From Mobula hypostoma (taxonomy: Eukaryota): a DNA stretch of 64,000 nucleotides. Position numbers and translations under genes: made by a program. The notes beneath the pieces were generated by a model that worked only from the letters and a program-made list of their open reading frames with translations, did no database searches and was not told where the DNA came from. This document shows positions 49,001-60,854 of the stretch, piece by piece (position 1 is the stretch's first letter; each line of letters starts with the position of its first letter). The stretch is from assembly GCF_963921235.1 (NCBI RefSeq), contig NC_086109.1:10294001-10358000 (forward strand), given 5' to 3'.

Positions 49001-49895
49001 AGGACTTTGTTCCCTGGAGTGCAGGAAATTGAGGGGAGGTTTGATGGAGGTTTGCCAAATTCTGAGGGGTATAGATAGGGTAAGTGCAAGCAGGCTTTTC
49101 CCACTGAGGTTGTGTGAGAATAGGACAGGAGGCCAGGGTCAAGGGTGAAAGGTGAAATTTTTAACGGAATCTTCTTCACTCAGAGTGTGGTGTGAGTGTG
49201 GAACGAGCTGGCAGAGGAAGTGGCGTGTGTAGGCTCGATTTCAACATTAAAGAGAAGTTTGGGTAGATATGTGGAGGGGTACAGAGGGCTATGGTCCAGG
49301 TGCAGCTCACTGGGACAGTTTGGCAGGGACTAGATGGGCCAAAGGTCCTGCTCCTGTACTGTAGTGCTCTACAACTCTACGACTCCACGTGTGTAAATGA
49401 AATGGAGGGAGCTCTGCAAAACATGCAAGTGCAGAGGAGAACATATTGTGAGCAACAAATTTAAATACTCCCGTCTGGTATGGAGCAGAAAGTGCACAGG
49501 ATCGGAAGAAGCTGCAGGAGTTGCGGACTCATCCATTTCCATCATGGGCACTAGCCTCGCCAGCATCGGGGACACTTCCAAAAGGCGATGCCTCAAAACA
49601 GCGATATCCCTCACCCAGGACGTGCCCTCATCTCATTGCTTCCATCAAGGAGGAGGTACAGGATCCTGAAGACACACATTCAACGTTCTACATTTCAGGA
49701 ACAGCTTCTTCCCCTCCGCCATCAGATTTCTGAATGGACAATGGTCCCTACCTCACGACCTCACTAATTTTCCCTCGCTTTTTCCACTACTTGTCTAATT
49801 TAATTTTTATGTACATATGTTTCATTGTAAGTTACAATGTCTTTTATATATATTATACCATACTGCTACTGCAAAACAACACATTGCATGACATA

Positions 49896-52043
49896 CAGCA
49901 TTGTACAAAAGTCTCAGGCACATATATATAGCCAGGGTGCTGAAGACTTTTGCACACCACTGTATTTGTCAAAACGTGGAGCGGAGAGCAAGTTTGTAAA
50001 TCTGGCAGAAGCAAAGGATGTTGGCAGTGATGAGGTTAGAGCGCCGTGGGAGGGGTGTGGTAGAGAAGGTGAACCGTGGGAGGGGTGTGGTGGAGAAGGT
50101 GAATCGTGGGACGGGTGTGGTAGAGGAGGTGAACCGTGGGAGGGGTGTGGTAGAGAAGGTGAACCGTGGGAGGGGTGTGGTGGAGAAGGTGAATCGTGGG
50201 ACGGGTGTGGTAGAGGAGGTGAACCGTGGGAGGGGTGTGGTAGAGAAGGTGAACCGTGGGAGGGGTGTGGTAGAGAATGTGAACCGTGGGAGGGGTGTGG
50301 TAGAGGAAGTGAACCGTGGGAGGAGTGTGGTAGAGAAGGTGAACCGTGGGAGGGGTGTGGTAGAGAATGTGAACCGTGGGAGGGGTGTGGTAGAGGAGGT
50401 GAACCGTGGGAGGAGTGTGGTAGAGAAGGTGAACCGTGGGAGGGGTGTGGTAGAGAAGGTGAACCGTGGGAGGGGTGTGGTGGAGAAGGTGAACCGTGGG
50501 AGGGGTGTGGTAGAGAAGGTGAACCGTGGGAGGAGTGTGGTAGAGGAGGTGAACCGTGGGAGGGGTGTGGTGGAGAAGGTGAACCGTGGGAGGGGTGTGG
50601 TAGAGGAGGTGAACCGTGGGAGGGGTGTGGTAGAGAAGATGAACCGTGGGAGGGGTGTGGTAGAGAAGGTGAACCGTAGGAGGGGTGTGGTAGAGAAGGT
50701 GAACCGTGGGAGGGGTGTGGTAGAGGTGAACCGTGGGAGGGGTGTGGTAGAGAAGGTGAACCGTGGGAGGGGTGTGGTAGAGAAGGTGAACCGTGGGAGG
50801 GGTGTGGTAGAGAAGGTGAACCGTGGGAGGGGTGTGGTAGAGAAGGTGAACCGTAGGAGGGGTGTGGTAGAGAAGGTGAACCGTGCCAGGGGTGTGGTAG
50901 AGAAGATGAACCGTGGGAGGAGTGTGGTAGAGAAGGTGAACCGAGGGAGGAGTGTGGTAGAGAAGGTGAACCGAGGGAGGGGTGTGGTAGAGGTGAACCG
51001 TGGGAGGGGTGTGGTAGAGAAGATGAACCGTGGGAGGAGTGTGGTAGAGAAGGTGAACCGAGGGAGGGGTGTGGTAGAGGTGAACCGTGGGAGGGGTGTG
51101 GTAGAGAAGATGAACCATGGGAGGAGTGTGGTAGAGAAGGTGAACCGAGGGAGGGGTGTGGTAGAGGTGAATCGTGGGAGGGGTGTGGTAGAGAAGGTGA
51201 ACCGTGCCAGGGGTGTGGTAGAGAAGGTGAACCGTGGGAGGGGTGTGGTGGAGAAGGTGAACCGTGGGAGGGGTGTGGTAGAGAAGGTGAACCGTGGGAG
51301 GGGTGTGGTAAAGGAGGTGAACCGTGGGAGGGGTGTGGTGGAGAAGGTGAACCGTGGGAAGGGTGTGGTAGAGAAGGTGAACCGTGCCAGGGGTGTGGTA
51401 GAGAAGGTGAACCGTGGGAGGGGTGTGGTGGAGAAGGTGAACCGTGGGAGGGGTGTGGTAGAGAAGGTGAACCGTGGGAGGGGTGTGGTGGAGAAGGTGA
51501 ACCGTGGGAGGGGTGTGGTGGAGGAGGTGAACCGTGGGAGGAGTGTGGTAGAGGAGGTGAACCGTGGGAGGGGTGTGGTGGAGAAGGTGAACCGTGGGAG
51601 GGGTGTGGTAGAGGAGGTGAACCGTGGGAGGAGTGTGGTAGAGGAGGTGAACCGTGGGAGGGGTGTGGTGGAGAAGGTGAACCGTGGGAGGGGTGTGGTA
51701 GAGAAGATGTGCCCGGGGCATGAGTGGCAGGGGTGCAGACACCCAGCTCTAAGACACCAGGCCAGGTCATTTGATTCCAAACAATGACTTTATTGATCAT
51801 AACAGAACTCATCTCTGGGGCTTCCTGCTCCCTGCCCTCTCCCCTCTCCCTTTTCCAAACCATGATTCCCCTCTCCCTGCCCCCTTTCCCACTCTCTGCC
51901 CACAACAGAGACCCATATCAGAATCAGGTTTATCATAACTCACATATGTCATGAAATATGTTTTTTTGCAGCAGCAGTACAGTGCAATACATAAAATTAC
52001 TACAGTACTGTACAAAAGTCTCCAGAACCCTAGGTATATACGT
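49896..52043 (+). mobile_element. Composite Tc1-derived non-autonomous element with TIR-hairpin ends, hosting the minisatellite
   Basis: Left hairpin cagcattgtacaaaagtctcaggcac...gtgctgaagacttttgcacaccactg (49896-49962); right hairpin starts at 52003. Homologous to 56985-57404. Confidence 0.75.
50041..51708. repeat. 30-bp G-rich minisatellite, 56 units (consensus gaaccgtgggaggggtgtggtagagaaggt)
   Basis: Direct reading: 52 units of 30 bp plus four 27-bp variants give 1668 bp. Confidence 0.98.
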
Positions 52044-52044
52044 A

Positions 52045-54419
52045 CAGTGCCTAGAAAATGTAATCATCCCCCTTGGAGGATTTCATGTTTTATTGTTTTA
52101 AAACATTGAATCACAGTAGATTTAATTTGGCTTTTTAACTCTGATCAGCAGAAAAAAGACTCTTTGTGTCAAAGTGCAAACAGATCTCTACAAAGTACGC
52201 AATCTAAATTAATTACAAATATAAAACACAAAATAATTGATTACATAAGTATTCACCCCCCTTCAATATGACACACCAAACCATCAGTGGTGCAGCCAAT
52301 TGGTTTTTGAAGTCACATAATTTGTTAAGTGACTGGGTGTGGTCAAGGCACTCCAATTGATTGTAATAAAAATACACTTAGGTCGGTGCTTGATTACGGC
52401 AGTGTGGTTTATGGATCAGCGTCATCTTCAAATTTAAAATGTTGGGATGTGATACAAGCACAGGCTTTAAGATTGTGTTGTGGTGCAGTAAGATCGTCTC
52501 CTGTTTCAGCTTTACTGGTTGAAATGGGACAATTACCCTTACAGTTGCGGAGATTGAAGTTGTTGTTTAACATACTGGGCTAACTTGAGGGGGCAGAGGA
52601 ATGATTACCCTGTTAGGACTGTGTTGGAGGGCTGTTGGAACATCACAAGAAGAGTGTTTTCAGTTTTGGGTGACTGGGTTCTCATCACGCTAGGAATATG
52701 GGTTTGTTAGATTATGTAATTGGTCCCACTGCAGCATTTTCGGTAAACCCACCTTGTTTTATTCCAAAGACGTTAGTTGATTTTAAGTCGCATGATTTAA
52801 TGAAATCCAAGGACTCTCATAAAACTGTGAGTCTGTTGGTTCATCAGTATGTTAAGAAAAATTACTGTGATATGTTCAGCATTTTTACTGATGGATCAGA
52901 AGATAATTTGACAGGGAATGCTGGTGTGGCTGTTTTTGTACCTGAATCACAGGTAACGATAAAGAAACGTCTTACTAACCATTTATCAGTATACAGTATT
53001 CTGCGGAACTGGTTGCCAGCATTTTGGGCTTACAGTGGGTAGAGGAAATCTGTCCTTGCAAAGTTGTAATTTGTCCAGATTCTTTTTTGGTTTTGACTAG
53101 ACTTAAAACAGGTCATTCTAGCAGTAGGTCAGATTTACTGCTGGAAGCTCTTCAATTTTTATTTCACATTCCAAGTATTGGTCTAAATGTCTTCTTATGG
53201 GTTCCTGCACATAGAGGTGTTGAGGGGAATGAGCAGGTTAATTGTTTGGCCAAAAAAGCTGTTAAAGTACATCTGTGGATATAGAACATCCATTTAGCAA
53301 ATCAGAAGCTATGGGGTTGGTGGGGCTAAGAATTAGGGGATTACAGCAAGATTTGAGGGATAATGGGCATGAGGGGAGACACCTTTACAGAATATACACA
53401 ACTGTTGGATTGATAGGAGAAGTGGGTAAGACAAGAAGGGAAGGAATTATATTGACTCAACATAGAATTGGGTATCCTATGCTTAATTATTCCTTAATCT
53501 TGTTGGAAACCATCACTCTGGGTTGTGTAGGTTTTGTCATTATTATGAAACATTTGAACATATTCATTTACAATGTGAATGAAAGCAAATGCAGGCTGTG
53601 CTACTAGCTTTGGGGGTTGACAGTTTTCATTTAAAAACTTTACTACATTATGGAAGTGACTTTAATTTAATTCGCAATATTGTCTTTCATTATTTAAAAT
53701 CTATAGGGGTTTTTTGGGGTAATTTAGTTTTCATTTGATAAAGAACATTCTACACCACACTCCAGTCCAGTTGGTGGCGGTAATGCACCTTTAAGTTAGA
53801 CTGCCAACCACCATTAAAAGTCAGAAGAAGCAGAAGGAGGAGGAGGTCCAACTGCTGGCGAGTCAGTATCCTGGTCAAAGCTACACCATAAAGACAAAAG
53901 AACACTCCAAGCAACTCTGTGAAAATCGTATTGAAAAGCACAAGTCAGGAGGTGGATACAAAAACATTTCCATGTCACTGAATATCCCTTGGACTACAGT
54001 TAAGCTAATCATCAAGAAATGGAAAGAATGTGGCACAGCTGTAAATCTGCCCAGAGCAGGCCATCCTCAAAGACTGAGTGACCATGCAAGAAGGGGACTA
54101 GTGAGGGAGGCCACCAAGAGACCTAAACAACTCTGGAGGAGTTACAGGCTTCAGTGGCTGAGATGGGAGAAACTGCAATAACAGTTGCCCAGGTGCTTCA
54201 CCAGTCTCAACTTTATGGGCTAGAGTTTGCCAGAAGACATGTGGGAGACTCTGAAGTCAGCTGGAAGAAGGTTCTGTGGTCTGATGAAACTAAAATCGAG
54301 CTTTTTGGCCATCAGACTAAATGCCAAACACCGCACACCACCATCCCTACCATGAAGCATGGTGTTGGCTGCATCATGCTGTGGGGATGCTTCCCTGCAG
54401 CCGATCCTGGAAGGCTTGT
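52045..54419 (+). mobile_element. Second Tc1 copy (same family as 13275-14856), 3'-truncated and interrupted by a LINE
   Basis: TA + cagtgcctagaaaatgtaatcatcccc TIR; resumes at about 53844 aggtccaactgctgg; SLNIPWTTVKLIIKKW and [13 protein letters not shown] relics. Confidence 0.9.
52377..53843 (+). mobile_element. I-group (Nimb-like) non-LTR retrotransposon 3' fragment with RNase H domain, disrupted
   Basis: RSVLDYGSVVYGSAS...IQAQALRLCCGA, IFTDGS...AGVAV and WVPAHRGVEGNE..LAK relics; 3' end cacactccagtccagttggtggcggtaatgcacc...(aga)n. Confidence 0.88.
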
Positions 54420-54639
54420 ATTGCATAAGATCACTTTGCTTTTATAGTTGCCTGTGTTTATTTCTCTATTTGCTTACAAACAAACAGTTTAAATCTTGAA
54501 CAATATTATTGTGTGTTCCCTCGTCCAGGTGAATCCTCACTCCTAATAGTTTACAATGTTATTTGTTAGCAAATGAACAAGAAAATGGATGACAATGGTC
54601 TGCAGGAAAAATTGGGGAACTCTGGATTTCCTCTCAAAG

Positions 54640-55507
54640 GCCACTTGATTGGGTGTCTCCTGAACCTAATAAAGTGGCCACTGAGTGTATGTTCATGGTC
54701 TTCTGTGGCTGTAACCCATACACTTCAAGGTTTGATGCTTTGTGCATTCAGAAATGCTCTTCTGCGCACCACTGTGGAAATGCATGGTTATTTGAGTTAC
54801 TGTTCCCTTCTTGTCAATTTGAACCAGTCTGGCCATTCTCCCGTGACCAATCACATTAACATATCATATTTTCACTCAGAGAACTGTTATTTACTGGATT
54901 TTTTTTATTTTTCACTCCCTTCTGGAGACTTTTGTGTGTGAAAATCCCAGGATATCAACAGTTCCTGAGATACTCAAACCACCTCATCTGGCACCAACTA
55001 TCACTCCACGGTCAAAGTCACTTGGATCACATTCCTTCCCCATTCTGATGTTTGGCCTGAACAACAACTGAACCTCTTGACCATGTCTGCATGCTGTTAT
55101 ACATTGAGCTGCTGCCACATGATTGGCTGATTAGATATTTGCATTAATGAGTAGGTGTACCTAATAAAGTGTGTGGGCACGTGGCCAAGTGGTTAAGGCA
55201 TTGGACTAGCGACCTGAAGGTCATGAGTTCAAGCCCCAGCTGAGGCAACGTGTTGTGTCCTTGAGCAAGGCACTTAATCACACAATGCTCTGCGATGACA
55301 CTGGTGCCAAGCTGTATGGGTCCTAATGCCCTTCCCTTAGACAACATGGGTGTCGTGGAGAGGGGAGACTTGCAGCATGGGCAACTGCTGGTCTTCCATA
55401 CAACCTTGCCCAGTCCTGCGCCCTGGAGAGTGAAGACTTTCCAGGCACAGATCCATGGTCTCGCAAGACTAACGGATGCCTTAACCTAATAAAGTGGCCA
55501 CTGAGTG
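54640..55507 (-). mobile_element. Non-autonomous Tc1-type element with a SINE inserted in its TIR
   Basis: ctaataaagtggccactgagtg + TA at 55508; TIR-TIR hairpin at 54640-54690. Confidence 0.85.
55172..55483 (+). mobile_element. Young tRNA-headed SINE (family Y, copy 3)
   Basis: A box tggccaagtgg, B box gagttcaagcc; 13-bp TSD acctaataaagtg (55159-55171, 55484-55496). Confidence 0.92.
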
Positions 55508-56984
55508 TATTTATGCTATTGGATCCTGCTTTCAATGTGTGGAAAATCACAGCTCTGTAAGTAGCCTGTCACCAATAAACTAACAAGTTGGTAAATTGGT
55601 TTATTGTTGTCACTTGTACTAAGGTGCAGTGCTAACTATGACTTGCATACTGTTCACACAGATCAATTCATTATAACAGGGCATTGAGATAATACAAGAT
55701 AAAGCAATAACAGAATGCAGAATAAAGTTTTACAGTTACAGAGCAAGTGGAGTGAGGGCAGACAAGAAGGTACAAGACCACAGCAAGGTAGATTGTGAGA
55801 TTGGAACCTGTCATATCATACTCGGGAATCATTCAATTATTATTACAGGAAACAGAATATTGCTCCATCTTTTATTGTTTTTTTTACACATGTACCAAAT
55901 TACAGTGAAAATCTTGTCTTGCAAACTCTTCATACAAATCAGTTCATTATAGAAAGAGGCCATTTGGCCCAAAGAATCATGCTGGCCTCAGTTTAACAGA
56001 AGAGTCCTCCTACATGAACACAGCTAAATCCACTCTATTCCTACCTCCAAGTATCTACCCATCTTTCAAATGCCATTCATCTCCCTGAGGGTGCCAGCTC
56101 TCATCACTTCGTAAATAATTTAGGAATATTTCACTAAACGTAGAGAAAGATTTGGTCTTCGGTTTTCACAACTCACTTGGTTGCAAATTATCCTTAAATC
56201 TCACCGGACTTAATAAGTTACCTCCTCTAATCCATTCATTTGAGAGCAATCCTGCTGAAATGCAGACACAAGTCAACAAAGCCATTAATGACTGAAAGTC
56301 GAGGCTGGACTTTCTTCAATCTTTAACATGATTTCCTCTTGTGAAATAGGGATTTGCCTTTGCCAACGGACTTCTTGTACTTCGTTCTTGAGGTAAATTA
56401 ATTTAAAATGTGTATTCTCAGGAATTTTGGAAAAAAAAGTCATCTAACTTTCAACACCCAAATGATTGAGTAACCTGTGTGCTGTGTTAACCACTTGGTA
56501 TAATCCAGGAGGATTTAAGATTATAGGAAAATAGGAGCAGGATTAAGCCACATGGCCTTCAGAATGTGACACCTCAAGAAGACGGCATCCGTCGTTAAGG
56601 ATCCTCACCACCTCATGCCTCTTCTCACTGTTGCCCTCAGGGAGGAGGTACAGGAGCCTGAAGACACACAGTGAATATTTTAAGAACAGCTTCTTCCCCT
56701 CTGCCATCAGATTTCTGAGCAGTCTATGAACACCACATCACTATTGTGCTCTCATTTTGCACTTTTTTTCGTATATTCTTGCAAGCTATAGTAATTCTTA
56801 TGCACTGCACTGGACTGCTGCGGCAAAACAACAGGTTTCTCAACATGCGCCGGGGGTAATTAATCCAATTCTGATTTTGATTCTGAAGCCTGTCCCTCCA
56901 TTCAATGTGGTCTTTTCTGATCTCATCTCCTCTTCTATGCAAGTTCCCCACAGTAGACTTTGTGGGGAAAAATTTTAAAGAGAA

Positions 56985-57404
56985 TTCTTGACATATGTAA
57001 GTGATGATAAACCCAATTCTGATATGGGTCTCTGTTGTGGACTGAGAGTGGGAAGGGGGAAGGGAGAGGGGAATCATGCTTGGGAAAAAGGGAAGGGTGA
57101 GGGGAGGGAGCAGGAAGCACATTCCGTAATGATCAATAAACCAACTGTTTGGAATCTAACGACCTTGTCTGGTGTCTCAGGACTGGGTGTGAATGCACCC
57201 GTGCTACCCTTTCGCCAGCACTCCTTCTCTGCCACCTGTCCCACACCCCTCCCGTGGCACTCCACCCTCATCATTCCCAACATCCTTTGCTCCCGCCAGA
57301 TTTACAAACTCACTCTCTGCTCCACATTAACAAATACAGTATTGTGCAAAAGTCTTAGGCACCCTAGCTATACATACACATGCTTAAGATTTTTGCACAG
57401 TACT
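56985..57404 (-). mobile_element. Sister copy of the 49896-52043 element without the minisatellite
   Basis: Colinear homology on both sides of the array; TIR hairpin at 57337-57404. Confidence 0.85.
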
Positions 57405-58504
57405 TTAAGTGTGTAAAATATGGACATCGTTTAAATGATGTTACAGTGAAGTTTATAAGGGCTGAGTAGAGAAGATTGTGGGCTATCCCAATGCAATGGC
57501 TCCCTATGTCTTTGAGCACAATCAAGCAATGAAAAGATATGGACATAAATCTGTTTATGATTGTGTGTATTACAATTGTGAGATAATGGCTTATTTGTAG
57601 TGTACTCAGACTTTAGAAATACACTTCCACTAATTACTTTGTAGTCTACATTCAGCTGAGACACCGTGAGCCAAAGAGCCTGTTCGTGCTGTACTTATCT
57701 ATATGACCAAAGGCAAATTTCCATCCCATTATCAGATAGAAATCAAATTTGGGCGGCTGGAGGAACCTGTCTCTATTGGAGTCACAACTGCCATCTCCTC
57801 CATACCCAGCAGCTCCCTCCTCCCCACCTCCTTTACCTGTCCACTGCTTGCCCACTTCAGCCTTCCCTCTTGGATCTTACCCATGGATATCTGCCAAGGG
57901 GGGAGCCAGCCAGGCCAGCATTGACGTCTTTCTACGGGGGAGCTGGAAGAGGAGGTGCAGCCAGCACTGGAAGCTTGCACCATGTTAATTAATGAATATT
58001 AATGTAACAATTTTCATTAATTAACATTGATTTATAGTAATTAATTTACAGCCCATCTACTGAGCACATCTACAAGGAGCACTGCTACAGGAAAGCAGCA
58101 TCCATCATCGAGGACCCTCTAGGCCATGCTGTCTCATCACTGCTACCATAGGGAAGAAAGTCCTACACCTTCAACCAAGACACTCTTGCGCCAGCATGGA
58201 TAACTTCACTCAGCTCAACACTGAACTGATTCCTCAGCCTACAAACTCACTTTCTCAGCATTATTTATTCATTATTATTGTTGTGCTTCTACAGTTTGTT
58301 TTCTTTTGCACTTTAATTGTTTGTCCATCGTTGTTTGTGTGTGGCTTTTCACTGATTCTATTGCATTTGTTTGTTCTACTATAAATGCCAACGAGAAAAT
58401 GAATCAGGGTGATATGTGTCTATTTTGATAATAAATTTACTTTGAATACAAAGAATTTACACCTATAATTAACATAATTTATTAATTAACACAGCTTATA
58501 CATT

Positions 58505-58785
58505 TATATTTATTGAGATACAGTGCAGAATAGGACCTCTGGCCCTTTGAGCCCTGCTGCCCAACAATCCCCCAATTTAACCCTAGCCTAATCACAGGAC
58601 AATTTACAATGACCAATTAACCGACCAAGTGGTACGTCTTTGGACTGTAGGAGGAAACCAGAGCACCCGGAGGAAACCAATGCGGTCACAAGGAGAACAT
58701 ACAAACTCCTTACTGGCAGTGGTGGGAATTGTACCCGGGTTACCTGTACTGTAAAGAGTTGTGCTAGCCACCATACTACCGTACC
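58505..58785 (-). mobile_element. tRNA-derived SINE
   Basis: Same body as 29400-29675 and 41510-41775. Confidence 0.8.
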
Positions 58786-59149
58786 TCTGTGTGAATTAAT
58801 CTTATTTCTTTGATTTTACACCATCCACACTCCTGAAATTCATCCCTTCCAGAGGTTCTCCAACAGCTAAACCTGATGTCACTACCGCCAAGAGGGGCAA
58901 GAAAAGCGGTTTCAAGGTAAAACCACGAGCTTCAGCTTCCTCTCCAAATGGCATACCTTCTTGATTTAGAAATACATTGTCTGTCTCTCATTGGAACCTG
59001 GAGCAGCTTTGAAGTGGTTGAAGAAGACTCACCACCACGTTTTCCAGGACAAGCTAGAACGGCCAGCCAGTCAAGTTTAGTGCATTTTCATGTTCAGAAG
59101 TACGGTGAGATGCAGATACAATCAGCAGCATCAGAGACACGTACACAGA

Positions 59150-59865
59150 CATAGAACATAGAACAGTACAGGCCCTTTGGCCCATGATATTGTGCCAAAC
59201 CTTTAACCTAAGATCAATCCAGTCCTTCCCTCTTACCTTTCTCTCCAGTTTTTTCTGTGATCCATGCACCTATCTGAGAGTCACTTAAATGTCTCCAATA
59301 TATCTGCCTCTGCCACCGCCCCTGGCCAAGTGATCTATGCGCTCACGATTTTCTGTGTTTTTTTTAAAAGTACCACTGACATCTCCTCTATGCTTTCTTC
59401 CATACACCTTAAAATTATTCCCCCTTACATCAGTCATATCCGTCCTAGGGAGAAAACCTTTGGCTTTCCACTCGATCTCTGCCTCTTATCATCTTGTACA
59501 CCTCTGTCAGGTCACTCCTCTTCTTCCTTCTCTCCAAACAGAAAAGCCCCAGCTCACTCAACCTATCCTCATAACACGTGCTCTCTAATCCATGAAGCAT
59601 CCTCATAAATTTCCTTTGGACCTTCTCTAAAGCTTCTACATCCTTCCTACAACGAGGCGACCAGAACTGAACAAAGTACTCCAAGTCTGGGCAAATCCAA
59701 GTCTCACAGAGCTGCAATGTTACCTCACAGTTCTTGAACTCAATCCTCCGACTAATGAAGGCAAACGTACCATATGCCATCTAACCCACTTGATCAACTT
59801 GCGAGGAACCTTTCAGGGTTCTATGGGCGTGCACCCCAAGATCCCTCTGTTCCTACCCACTACAA
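59150..59865 (-). mobile_element. CR1 3' fragment
   Basis: AFISRRIEFK...LEYFVQFWSP...EVYKMIRG relic. Confidence 0.85.
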
Positions 59866-60218
59866 AGTAGGCACAAACAATACACTGGATATCAATCATA
59901 CATAAGTTATAAAGAAAGCAATAAGTGAAAAAGATATTAAGGCAAAAAAAAATACAGTCAGAAACAAGTCAATGGCAGTGCAAGAACTGTCCTAATGCTG
60001 AGGTAGGGTTAAGATTATGTGAGTTTGTTCAAGAACCTAATGATTGTAGGAAAATGGCTACTCCCGCACAGTGGCTGCTGGTCTTCATCGCTGTGTACCT
60101 CCTTGCCAGCAATGTCTACATTCCTTCAATATATTCGAAAGGAGTTCCTTCAGTGAGCATCCTTTCATCTCCTGATCAGACCCCCTCTGTCCGTTGACCA
60201 TCTCCAGTGCTAAGTATA

Positions 60219-60854
60219 CACTTAGTGGCCTCTTTATGAGGTACTTCTGCTCATTAATGCAAATATCTAATCAGCCAATCATGTGGCAGTACCTTAATGC
60301 ATAAAAGCATGCAGACGTGGTCAAGAGGTTCAGTTATTGTTCAGAGCAAACATCAGAATGGGGAAGAAATGTGAACTAAGTGACTTTGACCATGCAATGA
60401 TTGTTGGTGCCAAGCAGAGTGATTTCAGTATCTCAGAAATTGCTAATCTCCTGGGATTTTCATGCACAATAGTCTCTAGAACAGTGTCCCAACCAGGGGT
60501 CGGTCCATGGACCCCTTGCTTTATAGTATTGGTCCAAGGCATGAAAAAGGTTGGGAACGCCTGCTCTAGAATTTACAGAGAATGGTGAGAAAAACAAAAA
60601 AAAATTCCAGAGAGTGGTATTACTGTGCATGAAAGCACCTTGGTAATGAGAAAGTACAGAGGAGAATGGCCAGACTGGTTCAAGCTGACAGGAAGGTGAC
60701 AGTAACTCAAATAACCATGTGTTACAACAATGGTGTGCAGAACAGCATCTCTGAACGTACAACATGTTGAAACCTGAAGTGGATGAGCTCAGCAGTAGAA
60801 GACCATGAACATACACTCAAAAGCCTCTTTATTAGGTACAGGAGATACTGAGTG
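60219..60854 (+). mobile_element. Non-autonomous Tc1-type element
   Basis: TA-flanked; cacttagtggcctctttatgaggtac start; MGKKCELSDFDHAMIVGA relic. Confidence 0.85.
60482..60563. mobile_element. 82-bp hAT (Charlie-like) MITE
   Basis: 8-bp TSD ctctagaa (60474-60481, 60564-60571); TIR cagtgtcccaacc / ggttgggaacgcctg. Confidence 0.88.

Larger units (their letters stand above)
46760..49385 (+). mobile_element. CR1 RT-to-3' fragment hosting nested insertions
   Basis: GPLLFVININ...KFVDDTKL at the 5' side; resumes at about 48618 with VQFWS...ERVQRRFT. Confidence 0.8.

Noticed and set aside
50041..51708. CRISPR-like array
   Set aside because: Units are directly adjacent with no unique spacers, there are no cas genes, and the context is eukaryotic.
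49837..51905. Long ORFs of 280-663 aa on both strands
   Set aside because: They are translations of the 30-bp minisatellite, whose unit lacks stops in most frames. There is no splice context, and the flanks are transposon sequence.
55172..55250. tRNA gene
   Set aside because: It is the tRNA-derived head of a SINE, continuing into the SINE body with a TSD and no Pol III terminator after the head.
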